A stretch of 64,000 bases of DNA from Candidatus Latescibacterota bacterium (GTDB taxonomy: Bacteria; Latescibacterota; UBA2968; GCA-2709665): positions 2,080,001 through 2,144,000 of the forward strand of contig OZ252100.1 in the NCBI GenBank assembly GCA_965248435.1, written 5' to 3'. A program made the position numbers and the translations under genes. How positions within the stretch are numbered: position 1 is the stretch's first letter; each line of letters begins with the position of its first letter. A model generated the notes under the pieces. That model was not told where the DNA came from. It was given only the letters and a program-made list of their open reading frames with translations, and ran no database searches. Positions 42,191 through 53,182 of this stretch are shown here, piece after piece.

Positions 42191-42285
42191 TTTCCCGTGA
42201 CTAGCTCGGTGAATAAAAAAAAGCCTGCAGCCAGAAGGCAGAGGCATCGCCGGCATCGGGTCCAGACACCTGGACCGAAAGATGC

Positions 42286-42460
42286 AAGAGAGCGCTCCAC
42301 AGGTCATCCCCGTGACAGTCCAGTAGATCTTATCCCCTGGACCAGCCTTTCACCGCGGCGGAACGGATGAACGACTTCGGCAACCCTCCCCTTTCGCACG
42401 ACAGGCCCGCATCCGCCTACTTCCCGCCGTCTACTCTTGGTGGGCTGCGCCTCTACCCTT
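42286..42460 (-). ncRNA. Lysine riboswitch (L-box)
   Basis: GGTAGAGGCGC...AAGAGTA...GAAAGG...TGCCGAA...GGACTGTC...GGAGCGCTCT upstream of dapA; U-tract at 42215-42222. Confidence 0.9.
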
Positions 42461-42472
42461 GCTGCGGTTTGG

Positions 42473-42502
42473 AAGTTACACAAACGCCGGTTACAATGTC
42501 AA
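42473..42502 (-). promoter_or_regulatory. Promoter for the lysine riboswitch/dapA operon
   Basis: TTGACA-18 nt-TAACTT. Confidence 0.55.
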
Positions 42503-42529
42503 GCTGAAAAGCTTCCAGCGGATCGGTTT

Positions 42530-42915
42530 TGCGGTACCCGTGTTCTGCTTTCCCCCCGGGCGACCCGTGCGTCGCCCCTACACCGCCGATCTCCTATGAT
42601 ACCCGGTACCCGTGTTCTGCATTCCCCGTACCCGGTTCTCCTCTGCGCCCTCTGCGTCTCCGCGTGAGGTATTGAGTTTCGAACGACGGAAAAATCCCTC
42701 CCCACCCCAATCCGGCCATCATGAATGCGCGAATTGTATCCGGTAGGAGCCAGCTCCTGCTGGCGAAAAGAGAATCGCGGTCTGCGGTCGCTAAACCGAT
42801 CGCCGCAGACCCAACCCAACTCATCATTCGTGGAGGTTATGGGGTTTCATGCTTTTCGTGGACTTTCGTGTTTCTTTCGTGATCCAGCCTTCCGCAATCC
42901 AAAATCCGCAATTGG
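42530..42915. repeat. Mosaic of short intergenic repeats
   Basis: CGGTACCCGTGTT x2, GTAG-type REP GGGCGACCCGTGCGTCGCCCCTAC, CTCTGCG units, AATCCGC units. Confidence 0.55.
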
Positions 42916-42925
42916 TGCGCTTGAT

Positions 42926-43615
42926 CTATTCCAGGATCGCCTCACTTACTCGCCCAGTGTCGGACAGATCATCGAACAGATAGTCCGGTTCATGCACGGC
43001 CAGTTCCTCTCGCGAGAATTCCCCGGTTGCCACGGCTACGGTCTTCACATCCAGATGTCGCCCGCAGAGCACGTCGTTCGGCGTGTCCCCGACGATGACA
43101 ACATCCTTGCCCTCAAACGTGTGGCCAGACACGGACGCCGCGTTTTGAATCGCAACCCCTGGAAGCTCACTCCGATTCAGGGCCTGATCCCCGAACGCCC
43201 CGACCCGAAAGGGCCCGTCTAGCTCGACCCGCCCCAATTTGATCCAGGCAACTTCCTCGATGTTCCCCGTCAACAGGCCAAGCAGCGCTTCGGTCGCTTC
43301 CGACAGTCGGTTCACTAACTGCCGAACGCCCGGAAACACATCAGGCGCTCGGGCCCCTATCTCTTTCCGCATCCCCTCGGCGTAGCGATCCCACACATCC
43401 TGGAGCCGTTCAAGCGTCTCTTCTCGACTCACGCCCGACCGCTCCATCAGCTCAACCACAATCTGCGCGTCGGTCTTCCCGCTCATCGAATACCCGTCTC
43501 CTGCTTCCACATCCCGCTCGAAAACCGCACTCAACGCCGCCATCACGGATCGTGTCCCCGCGCCGAAGCTACTCAAAATCGTCCCATCAATGTCGAACAA
43601 AACGAGTTTCTTCAC
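42926..43615 (-). CDS. HAD-family hydrolase (phosphoglycolate phosphatase-like)
   Basis: LFDIDGT, LTGN, VGDTPND. Confidence 0.9.
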   Translation of the reverse strand: MKKLVLFDIDGTILSSFGAGTRSVMAALSAVFERDVEAGDGYSMSGKTDAQIVVELMERSGVSREETLERLQDVWDRYAEGMRKEIGARAPDVFPGVRQLVNRLSEATEALLGLLTGNIEEVAWIKLGRVELDGPFRVGAFGDQALNRSELPGVAIQNAASVSGHTFEGKDVVIVGDTPNDVLCGRHLDVKTVAVATGEFSREELAVHEPDYLFDDLSDTGRVSEAILE

Positions 43616-43617
43616 GC

Positions 43618-44589
43618 CTAGAGGCTCCCCAACTCTTCCAGGAGTTCGTCCTCGACACCGATCCCCTCCTGCATTCGCATCTCCCGCTCACGAAAGGCCC
43701 GTTCACCCGGGATCAGAATCTCTCCTACCCCTTCGGCCGGCCGCGCCCCTTTGATACGATCGATCAGTTCTTTTACCCCCGCTTGAAAGAGTTCCCTGCT
43801 CAAAAAAATCGACGAATTGATCGCCAGGACAAAGATGCCGTAGTTCTTTCCCGGTTCAGGCACAGGAGCAGCTCGGACGAGCACTCCGGAAAGAAGCTGG
43901 ATCATCAACGCCAACGCGTAACCTTTGTGTCCGCCCGAGGGAAGGATCCCCCCCTTCCGACCGGCTTCAGGGTCTGTCGTCAGGAGTCCATCCTCGTCGA
44001 GTACGGTCCCTTCGGGCAGCGGGTGCCCGTCTTTGATCGCCATCAGAATCTGCTCGTGCGTCACGCTGGCTGGAGAAAAATCGACCAGCACCTGCCCCTT
44101 TCCTGCTGGAAAGCAGGCGGACATCGGATTTGCGCCCAGCACCGGCTCAACCGAGCCCCAGGCTACGATACGAGGGCCGGAATCGCACATCGCCACACCC
44201 ACCATCCCGGCATCTGCGATCATTGAGGTGTAGTAGCCGAGCATCCCGCATTGACCCGTGTTGAATCCCCCGATGACCCCGACCCCCCGTGCCTGCGCCT
44301 TGCCGACAGCCGTACGCGTGCATCGATGCGCGACCAGGTACCCGAGGTTCTCCTGTCCGTCGATCAGTGCATAGGCACCTCCGTCCCGCGCCAGCCGCAT
44401 CGGTTTTCTACCCGAGCTCTTACACCGCTCCACAATCGCGGGCAGGCGAATCACCCCGTGGGCCGGGCGGCCGCGCAGTTCTGCCTCAACAAGAATGTCC
44501 GTAACGATGTGGGCATCCTCTTCACCCAGACCGCCTCGAATCAACACGCCCTGACAAAGGTCCTGCAGCTGTTTCACGTCTACGATCAT
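43618..44589 (-). CDS. Ldh_2 family oxidoreductase (malate/sulfolactate/ureidoglycolate dehydrogenase-like)
   Basis: AELRG..HG..RL, LG.NP, GGHKGYAL, IPGER. Confidence 0.9.
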   Translation of the reverse strand: MIVDVKQLQDLCQGVLIRGGLGEEDAHIVTDILVEAELRGRPAHGVIRLPAIVERCKSSGRKPMRLARDGGAYALIDGQENLGYLVAHRCTRTAVGKAQARGVGVIGGFNTGQCGMLGYYTSMIADAGMVGVAMCDSGPRIVAWGSVEPVLGANPMSACFPAGKGQVLVDFSPASVTHEQILMAIKDGHPLPEGTVLDEDGLLTTDPEAGRKGGILPSGGHKGYALALMIQLLSGVLVRAAPVPEPGKNYGIFVLAINSSIFLSRELFQAGVKELIDRIKGARPAEGVGEILIPGERAFREREMRMQEGIGVEDELLEELGSL

Positions 44590-44710
44590 GGGTGTTCCCC
44601 ACTACTTTAGTGCAGCGATCTTACACCCCAACCCGGTGTCGATAATAGCAACCGGCTCCATCAGGGTCAAGACCTAAAAACCCGTCGATCGTCGTTCGTG
44701 GATCGTAGAC

Positions 44711-45090
44711 CCCTCCCTCGATCCCTCCCCTAAAGGGGAGGGAAGACCGAAGCGGTGCTTTTGGCTTTCGACCAAAAGAAATCACGCTCCCCCCTTCCAT
44801 TTAGGGAAGCGCTTGCCGAGGGAAGGGGCCGGGGGGCTTAGGTCGTTATTCGTTCTTTTTCAATCCGCGATCCCAAATCCGCAATCGACCAACGATCCAC
44901 GATTCACTATTCCCGGGATCTAGCCCGTGTTTTGATTTCCCGGTACCCGTGTTTTGATTTCCCGGTACCGTGTTTTGATTTCCCGGTACCCGTGTTTCGG
45001 TTTCCCGGTCTTCCGTGTCCTCCGCTTTTTTTCTTTTTATTTCCGTGATCCCGCCTTTCAATCCGCAATCCCAAATTCGCAATCCGCAAA
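44711..45090. repeat. Intergenic repeat mosaic with tandem ~22-bp units
   Basis: CCCTCCCC..GGGGAGGG hairpin; about four tandem CCCGTGTTTTGATTTCCCGGTA units at 44924-45008; AATCCGC/AATCCCA heptamers. Confidence 0.6.
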
Positions 45091-45192
45091 TCGAACGACC
45101 GCCTTCAGGCACTTGACTTCACCTCGACCCGTCTCCATATTTCACTCATATACAGCTGCTAGGCATAACCCAGTCAGCGAGGCGTTAAGCCC

Positions 45193-45576
45193 ATGCCCAA
45201 CCTTCCCCAGCGGCGTCAAAATTCGCCTCTTTCTAAGACAGAGAGGCAGGTGATCATCTCCAGTCTGAACGCTGTCCAGGGTCCAGCACGTTCATTCGTG
45301 TCGGAGCTCGCCCGAAAGGCGCTGGACGCCCGCGGCCGTCTTGATGACGATGTGTATGGGATCGTCAAGGTCACGCTGGAAGCCCTGGATGAGAACCGGG
45401 GTCTGCCTCCCCCTCTGATATTCGCCGTGACACATTACCAGACCGGAAAGGTCGAGCAGGTCGGATTTCTCCCCAAAGGGTCTAATCAGGTCCCCCGCGG
45501 GGGACGATTTGTCAGCAACGATCCACGATTCAAACCAAAATTGCAGGAAGGAACTCGGCGTCGGATCGAGGAGTAA
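45193..45576 (+). CDS. Hypothetical protein
   Basis: 127-aa ORF after TTGACT-17-CATATT (45113-45141), ending 4 nt before the next gene. Confidence 0.55.
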   Translation: MPNLPQRRQNSPLSKTERQVIISSLNAVQGPARSFVSELARKALDARGRLDDDVYGIVKVTLEALDENRGLPPPLIFAVTHYQTGKVEQVGFLPKGSNQVPRGGRFVSNDPRFKPKLQEGTRRRIEE

Positions 45577-45580
45577 TCGA

Positions 45581-48500
45581 GTGTCGGCAGAAACCCTCTC
45601 TATCAAGACCTATTCCCCTGAAGAGCTCCGGCTTCTCGCCGCTGAGGGCCGGCTCAAAGGTCGGGACATCGATCGGTTGATCAACCTGCGTCCCCACGTA
45701 GCTCGAAGAGATCGGGTGGTTGGCCGCGAGGCGTTCGAGCTCCACGCAAGTCGGCTTCCCTGCTGGACGGACCCCCTCCTCGCGCTCCAGACCTTTCTCG
45801 ACCTCGTGGAAATCCACAGCCCCTCCGGAGAAGAGGACCAGGTCGCGGATTACCTGACGCAGCGACTTCGCGAGATCGGAATTCACGATCAGGAACGCGA
45901 CGACTTCGGTAACCTTATCGCCACCCTCCCCGCAACCGCTTCGTCCGCCCCGAATCTGCTCTTTACGGCCCACATGGACTGCGTCTACCCCGGCGACGGC
46001 GCGCCCGTCAACCCCGTTTTCTGCGCTTCGGGTGAAATCCGTACTGACGGAGCCAATTCTCTGGGCGCCGACGACAAGGCCGGCATCACGGCCATCCTCT
46101 CCACCCTCCGTTATCTCAAATCTGCCCCCATTCCCCGAGGCGAAGTCCGGGTCTTATTTACCGTCCAGGAAGAGATAGGCTACCGCGGCATCAAACAGGT
46201 CCTGGCGAGCATCTTGAACGGCATCCACTTCGTGATCAGCATGGATCCTCCCGTGCGTGTCGAAAGGGGAGAATCCGCACACATGGCCGTGCTCCACGTG
46301 CGCCCGGGTCATCCGTTCATCTCCGAGGTCGAGGCCGCGGCCTCAGACTGTGGCCTCCGGCCTCAGACTGTGGCCTCCGGCCACAGATCCTCTTCGCCGA
46401 GGACGGCTACGTCGGCGGGGACACCATCTGTCTCTCGCCCCTGGGCGCGCAAGTCATCGACCTTTGTTCCGGCAGCCGCTACCCCCATACGCCCCACGAA
46501 CACCTGAACATTCGCGACCTGCTCGACCAGACCAGTTGGATGATGGCCGTGACAGAGCGGGCGCTCAACTTCAGTGCGAAGGACCTGGATCTCCACGCAG
46601 TCTACGGGGGGGAGCCGATCGGCGCGCTCACGGGCGCGCGCAAACAGGTGCCGCTTCCGGAGGACCTCTTAAGAGAAAAACTTGCTTTGGCCGGGACGGT
46701 CCACCTGCGTCCGGGACCGAGCATGGCCCCTGCCCTCGTGCACCTGTCCGCCGTAGCCCCGAAGATGGGGGATGCGGGCCTGATGCGAGCCGTCGGAGAT
46801 GCCTATCGCCGATGCCTTCGAATTCAGCACGTGCCGCAGGTCCTCCGTGACCTGAGCGCCTCTCTCGTCCACTTCTCCTCCAACGTGGCGGACGTCAGGT
46901 ATCTCGAGCCCTTGATCCCCGTCTGTCAGGACGTAATCGAGCGGGGAGGCGATGAAAAGGCCCAGCTCAATGCCCTCCGTTTCCTTCTGGATCTCTTCGA
47001 GAAGGGGCGCCGCGCTGACCTCCGCGCGAGACTCCTTCGCATCATCATCCTCTGCCTCCAGAGTAATGCACGCGCCCTTGTCGATGCCGCTACGCAGTTC
47101 CTCCGCGAGCATATGGAAGAGACCGTGCACGCTTTGACGGTCGCTTTTTGCAACAGGAACAGATCGGGCTGGGAGCGGCTCCTCTCCCCCGAAGGCGGCC
47201 GCATCGTCGGCGGACGAAGCCGTGGAAGAGTGCAATTCGCACGGTGGACACTCATCCGGCAGCGCATTCTTCAGCTGTTGCTGGAAGAGGACCGAATCCT
47301 GCCGGAGATGCTCGAGTGGATCTTTGCGAACGACGAAGCGGCCACCCAGAAGATCGCGATCGGTTTCATCGACCCGGACCACACGCCTCACATCGTGGAG
47401 CGTATTCTGCGAAACTTGACGAGTCGTGAGCGAGGCGTGCAGGAAACAGCGGTCCATTTTGTCGGTACGAACCGACTGCTTCAAGGTATAGGGCCTCTGA
47501 TCGATCTCCTCCTCACGCCCTATCTCTGTCGAAATCGAAGTCTCGTCGAATGGGCCCTGGATGCCATTGGGCGGCCCGCTTTGGACGAAGTCGTGAGCCG
47601 CCTCAGCTCCGAGGAGGAGTATGCGGCCTTCGTCCGAAGGATATTCAACAAATACGACCTGTCCACCGATTCTGATTTCGCCCTTACGCTCCAGGACCTG
47701 GAAGAAGCCTACGGTACTGATTTCCGCGTGGACGACCCACCTCACCTGTCCATGGTCGGCCTTTACATCGGTCGCCCGGAGTTAAGTCGCTTAAGAGACC
47801 TTACGCAATGGGACAAACGACGTGCGGTCGTATTTTTCGACCATCTCCTGAGACTCTATCCGGCCAGAAGAGACCTGGACAGACTCACAGAAGTCCTGGA
47901 TGATGCCGAGGATGGAAACAGGCCTCACTTTGTCCGGATGGCGCTTCAGAAGAATGTCTTTGAAGACTCTGAATTCCTGGACCTCGTCACCAAAGAGAAT
48001 TCGCGCTTCCTCGCCCATTACACCAGCCTTGAAAATCAATTCCCGCGCAACGTGATCCTCTCGCGCTTGAGACAGTTCATGGGCGGCGTGCAGCTCGATA
48101 TGTCGGACTTTAGAGACATAGAGATTTACTATCTCTACCTGCTCAAGCAGAGTCCCAAAATGCCGGACCGGACTCGCTATCTCAAACACATCGATCAGGC
48201 AAGCACAAGCCTGTTCCCTCCACTCAAACCCTACTGCAAGGCCTTTACGATCGAGGGAGACAGAATCGAGGAAGTCGGGACGGTCGATCGAGCGCGAGTC
48301 AAATCCCTTATTGCAGAACTCCCACAGAAGTCGCAGCGCGAAGACAAACTCCGCACCCTCCTCCTATCTGAATCGCTTGCCAGACGGGAGCGGCAGCGGC
48401 TGATCAACAGCCTGGCTGAAACGTTCAGCATAGATGTCGCGCAATACAACACGCTGCAGCAGAGGGCAGAGGCCGTTTTGAAGGAGATCGATTTCGATTT

Positions 48501-49824
48501 CGATGCCGCCTACCGTCCCGTACCTCAAGTCATCTTCCCTCACCTTCTGCGCATCAGAATGAAGCATCGCAGTAAGGCCATCGTGGATCCAATGACCTCC
48601 TACGCCCTTGAATACGCCCTCATCAATCACCCGGAGATAGCCGATGGTTTCGATTCCGGCGAGCTCGACCTCATTCTGGACAGTGTAAACGACCTTCTCA
48701 CAGACCGTGTCTACGAAGCCGAGCGCGACCTCTCCGAAGCGGTCTTTGGCGAACTCAGGCAAAAGCATGTGTCTGCGCTTTCTCAATTCTATACCGTCCA
48801 ATGGCGCGGTATATTCCGTAGCCTTAAAGCGCATTTTCGGTCGGGCCGTCCTGCCGAGTTGATCGAGGCGACGGAACTGGCCATGCGCGGTTATAATGTA
48901 GAAGATGAAGATGGCGCTGACTTGCTCGACACGAATCTGAATCGTCTAATTCATATCCTGAGGCCCAGAGACCCCGAACTGGTCGCAGGCCACCTTCGAC
49001 ACCGCGAGTTTTATAAGGTCTATTCTGCCGTCCTTCGAGTACGCAACATTCGGCAGCTCAAGCGGATCTACCAGGAGGTCTCCAGGGTCCTCCAGGACTT
49101 GATCTCCTACGCAACACGTCAGCACGATCAAGGGAACCGGAAGATCACCAACAAAGCGTCTGTCTCGCCCACGAATACGCAACTTCGCAGACCTGCACCC
49201 CCGGGATATCTCTCCTATTGTCGCAAGGAGCTGGGCAAGCTGGGCAAACTCCAGAGTGATTTCGTACTGGAGCGTGCATTGGAAAAGTGGGTCAACGCTG
49301 TACAATCAGAAATCACCAAACTCCGTCAGATCGTGATCGGGACGTCACAGATCCTTTGTGTTCCCAGCAAGGATGTGAGCATCGTCTACCGAAGCTGGCC
49401 TGGTAACGACTGCAATACCGGAGACATTCGGCAGGTACTCTGCCCGGACTGCTCATTCTATAAAATCATTTCCAACGGCGCCTGGAAGGGATATTTCACC
49501 CTGGTGGAGCTCCACCGAAAGAACGAACGCGCCCTCCTCCTCGATGTGCTCAACTACAGCGGACTCAAGATGGAAAATGAGAACTTCATTCGGGTCCTCA
49601 TACACCACATCATCCAGATCGCAAAGGCGGAGGGTATCAATTATGTCCTGACGAGCAGCTACGAAAACCACCTCTCCAACCGGGATTATATCCGTCGATC
49701 CTTCCAAAAGGCCTTTCCCTCCCGCGGCACGGTCCAGGGATTCTCTCTCACAAGCTCTCCGTCGGCGGCGTTCCAATCGCTTGTGGCCAACCTCTCGTTC
49801 ATCTGGAAGCGCGAACCTTCCTGA
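45581..49824 (+). pseudogene. ~1400-aa protein: N-terminal M20/PepT-like peptidase plus large helical (HEAT-like) region, frameshifted by a 20-bp duplication
   Basis: SPSGEE, AHMDCV, LGADDKAG, TVQEEIG; removing one CCTCAGACTGTGGCCTCCGG copy restores GGDT...HTPHE and joins ORF 46540-49824. Confidence 0.8.
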
Positions 49825-49827
49825 AGT

Positions 49828-49856
49828 TGACACGCCTTCCTCAACTGCTTATTTTA
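49828..49856 (+). promoter_or_regulatory. Sigma70-type promoter
   Basis: TTGACA-17 nt-TATTTT. Confidence 0.5.
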
Positions 49857-49945
49857 GGTTCTTCGCCGAGTGGTCGGGGTTAGCTCCATTGGACCGCTGA
49901 ATGCCATCGGGGCCGCGGTGTGCGACTCCCGTGCAACAACACGGA

Positions 49946-50061
49946 GCGTATCTCGTTGGATGTATCCTGCCGTTCAAAAAACCGACCACGAAAATAGGAC
50001 GTGAATTCTTCGAAGCACCAGGGAACAGGCGAGATAACTAGCCTCGAGATACGAGATACGG
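49946..50061. repeat. ~120-bp MITE-like element, copy 2
   Basis: GCGTATCTCG...CGAGATACG, colinear with 42071-42190. Confidence 0.6.
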
Positions 50062-50236
50062 CCTTTCGAATCAGGTTGAACCGTCGGGGCCGCGGTGTGC
50101 GACTCCCTTGCAACTAAATCCGTTCCTCCTCCCAGGGGGTTGGGGCCCTCTGTGGGACGGTGGGAGGTGGGGGGGTGGAGGTGTGGGCGAATGGAAATTC
50201 GCGGGGTGATGTGGCCTTGAAAAAGTGGACGGTGAA

Positions 50237-51082
50237 CTAAGCCGCTTTTTGGTGTTCGAAGGCGGCTGGAGATACGTAATCCAAAGACGCGTGCAGCCGC
50301 TGGTTGTTGTAGAAGACCTCGATGTATTCGAAGAGTTCTGGCTCGGCGTGCTCGAGGTCGTCCAGGTCGATGTGGTAAGCCCACTCGGTCTTGAGGGACC
50401 GGAAAAGGGACTCGGACACTGCGTTGTCCCAGCAGTTCCCCTTTCGGCTCATGCTCTGGACGAACCCATATTCGGCGATCTTTTCCCGGAACCCCTCGCA
50501 GCAGTATTGGATGCCGCGGTCGGAGTGGATCATCAGCCCCTTTGGCGGACGCCGGGCACGGATAGCACGCGAGAGCGCCTTGAGGACCATCTCGTGCCGC
50601 AGGCTGGTGCTCACGCACCACCCGACGATGCGCCGCGAGAACAGGTCGATGAAGACCGCCAGATACAACCAGCCAGCCTTGCTCGGCAGATACGTAATGT
50701 CGCTGGCCCACACCCTGTTCGGCGCGTCGATGTCAAAATTGCGATCCAGCAGGTTCGGCGCCGCAGCCAGATGGTGATTCGAGTCCGTTGTGGCCCTGAA
50801 CTTCCGTGCGACCTTCGACCGCAGGCCCTGCCGGCGCATCGATTGGGCAACTCGCGTGCGGCTGCACGGATGGCACTGGCCGGTCAAATACCGGGCGATC
50901 TTCGTGCTGCCGTAGCGAGCTTTGTGCGCCTCGAACGCCGCTCTGACTCGGGCGTCCAGAAGCCGCCGGGCCCTCTTTCTGGCGCTCTCGGGCCGCAGCA
51001 GCCAGGCATAGAAACCGCTCTTGGATACCTCCAGGACCTTCGCCATCCTCTCCACCGAAAATTCCCAGCGGTGGTCCCTCAT
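50237..51082 (-). CDS. IS3 transposase OrfB (DDE integrase core)
   Basis: WASDITY, HSDRG.QY, SRKGNCWDNAVSES. Confidence 0.95.
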   Translation of the reverse strand: MRDHRWEFSVERMAKVLEVSKSGFYAWLLRPESARKRARRLLDARVRAAFEAHKARYGSTKIARYLTGQCHPCSRTRVAQSMRRQGLRSKVARKFRATTDSNHHLAAAPNLLDRNFDIDAPNRVWASDITYLPSKAGWLYLAVFIDLFSRRIVGWCVSTSLRHEMVLKALSRAIRARRPPKGLMIHSDRGIQYCCEGFREKIAEYGFVQSMSRKGNCWDNAVSESLFRSLKTEWAYHIDLDDLEHAEPELFEYIEVFYNNQRLHASLDYVSPAAFEHQKAA

Positions 51083-51393
51083 GAACCGGAACCGGCTTTC
51101 GGTGTCTTTGAAAAGATGGCGACTGCTTTTTTTAGGATGTCCCGTTCCTCACGAGCGATCTCCAGCTCGCGACGCAGACGGCGGTTCTCCTCCTCCAGGG
51201 GCTTCTGGTGCCCCGTACCCGGGAAGGACTCTTCAGGGTCGGCTTCAAGTTCCTTGCGCCACGTGCGGATCGCTCCCTGGTACAGCCCCAGGTCTCGCTC
51301 TACCTGCCGATCCGTCACGTCGCCGGCATCCGCGATCCGGACTGCTTCACGCTTGAAATCGGAATCAAATGTCCGTTTCGGTTTCCCTTTCAT
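51079..51393 (-). CDS. IS3 transposase OrfA (HTH)
   Basis: F..DFKREAV, LRRELE...EERDILKKA; A7G slippery site near 51126-51133. Confidence 0.92.
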   Translation of the reverse strand: MKGKPKRTFDSDFKREAVRIADAGDVTDRQVERDLGLYQGAIRTWRKELEADPEESFPGTGHQKPLEEENRRLRRELEIAREERDILKKAVAIFSKTPKAGSGS

Positions 51394-51467
51394 AGACACA
51401 CCTCCTGACGGAAGATACTTTGGTTCTCGGTGTGTCCACAATTTCAAAACGCCTCAGGGTGGGGGTG

Positions 51468-51874
51468 GGTCCCACAGCGGGCATCAGGCGGGGGGAGGAG
51501 TTAGCCCTTTTGCTGCGCGCGTCTTCTCCACTGAGGGTAAGGTGCCGCGGCCGAGCCTCCCCGGCGTTTGAGGGGCGCCTTTCTTTTGCCTTCGGGCGCG
51601 GCACGCCGCGCCCCTACGGCGAAATATTTGAGTGTAGGGGCACAGCCGCGCTGTGCCCAAGGGTAGCGGTTGCGGTAGGCCTTTTCTTGTGGCGAGACAA
51701 GAAAAGTAGGCTGCCGGAGGCATGATTTTGTGAACATGCTTCACCTCCCATGCGGTTAGGCCCTCTGGGCCGGTCCCATAGTGGGCGTCAGGCGGTGCAG
51801 GAGTCCCGCCCTGATTGCCGCCACCGTCCTTTTCACTGAGGGTGAGGGGCCGCGGTGTGCGACTCCCTTGTAAC
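51468..51874. repeat. Two diverged ~95-bp repeats flanking an inverted GTAG-type REP pair
   Basis: GGTCCCA..G.GGGC.TCAGGCGG...CACTGAGGGT.AGG.GCCGCGG at 51468 and 51772; ...GCCCCTAC / GTAGGGGC... at 51594-51658. Confidence 0.55.
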
Positions 51875-51940
51875 CAGCCAAATTCTCTTCCCGCGGGTTG
51901 CTCCTAAGCTGAACTAGACTCCCGATACGAAAGGGATGAT

Positions 51941-53182
51941 GTGTCTTCAACCCCAGAACTTCACCGTCTGAAGAACGGTATACGAGTCGCAGTGGAGCCC
52001 ATTCCGGGTGCCCAATCGATCGTCCTCGTCTTCCGGTTCGCCTTCGGGGCGAAGGACGATCCTCTGGACCGCCTCGGTATGGCGTGCGTGGTCGAAGAGA
52101 CACTGTTTAAAGGCACACCTTCGATGGACGCCCGATCGGTCTTTGACGCCTTCGATAACCTGGGTGTTCGACGGGGCTCGGCGGCCGGCGTCGAGTACAC
52201 GGAATTCAGAGCCCAGCTCCTGCCAAGACACTTCCCCGCTGCCATCGAGCTCTACTCAGAAGTCTTCAGAAGTGCTTCGTTCCCCGATGAAGCGGTTGAG
52301 GCTGCGAAGGCCCTGACCCTGGAGGAGATCAAGCGGCTGGAGGATAATCCGATACAGCAGGTCCTCTATCTCACCTATCAGGCCGGCCTGGGCGACCCGA
52401 TGGGCCGAATGCCCCTGGGAAATCCAGAGACCGTATCGGTGATCACCCCCCCCGGGGTGCGCAACTGCTGGACTACATACTGTAATCCGGAAAGACTCCT
52501 GATCTCGGTCGCTGGCGGCCTGGGCCTCCCGGAAGTAATGGAAAAGATCGACGAGATCTTCGGGCAATGGTCCTCCGGAGAAGACGGCCCGGACGAAGTG
52601 CATCGCGTATCCGTTGCCTCCCGGACCCTCCATCAGGAAAAACAGTCCGAGCAGCAGCACATCGGGATGCTCTTTTCGGCAGTGCCCAGAGGTCACGATC
52701 TTTACTACCCCGGGCAGCTGTTCGTGACCATCCTGTCGGGAGGCGGCTCCAGCCGCCTCTTTACCGAAGTCAGGGAGAAACGCGGACTTGCATACAGCGT
52801 GGCCGCCTTCTACCGCGCGCGCAGGGGCGGAGGTCTTATCGCCCTTTACGCCGGAACGACGCCCGACCGGGCCGATGAGACGCTTGCCGTTTGCCAGAGA
52901 GAGATCAAGCGCGTGGCAGAAGATCTGTCACCTGAGGAGCTGGAGCGGGCGAAGACGATCGTGAAAGGTCGCATCATGACCACCGGGGATCTTCCCGAGG
53001 GAAGAGCCGGCAGTCTTGCTGAGGACCTCTTTTTGGAAGGGCGCCCGCGCTCCCTGGATCAACTGACTCGCAGGATCGATGAAGTAGCGTTGGATCAGAT
53101 TCCGGCCTACCTGGAGGCCTTTCCGCCTGACCCGCTCACCCTTGTCACCCTCGGACCGCGTAGCCTTAAAGCGCCATCTTAA
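51941..53182 (+). CDS. M16 family peptidase, inactive subunit
   Basis: L.NG.RV, CVVEE in place of HxxEH, SSRLF.EVREKRGLAY. Confidence 0.88.
   Translation: MSSTPELHRLKNGIRVAVEPIPGAQSIVLVFRFAFGAKDDPLDRLGMACVVEETLFKGTPSMDARSVFDAFDNLGVRRGSAAGVEYTEFRAQLLPRHFPAAIELYSEVFRSASFPDEAVEAAKALTLEEIKRLEDNPIQQVLYLTYQAGLGDPMGRMPLGNPETVSVITPPGVRNCWTTYCNPERLLISVAGGLGLPEVMEKIDEIFGQWSSGEDGPDEVHRVSVASRTLHQEKQSEQQHIGMLFSAVPRGHDLYYPGQLFVTILSGGGSSRLFTEVREKRGLAYSVAAFYRARRGGGLIALYAGTTPDRADETLAVCQREIKRVAEDLSPEELERAKTIVKGRIMTTGDLPEGRAGSLAEDLFLEGRPRSLDQLTRRIDEVALDQIPAYLEAFPPDPLTLVTLGPRSLKAPS

Larger units (their letters stand above)
50207..51456 (-). mobile_element. IS3-family insertion sequence
   Basis: TG...CA ends with imperfect IRs (TGATGTGGCCTTGAAAAAGTGGAC / TGAGGCGTTTTGAAATTGTGGAC), GGG on both flanks, orfA/orfB. 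Confidence 0.92.

Noticed and set aside
44924-45008. Tandem ~22-bp repeats as a CRISPR array
   Set aside because: Units are contiguous with no spacers, and there are no cas genes; single copies occur elsewhere as dispersed repeats.
49862-49940. Possible tRNA (GGTGTGCGACTCCC resembles a T-arm)
   Set aside because: No TTC T-loop, acceptor stem or CCA; the motif is a dispersed repeat.
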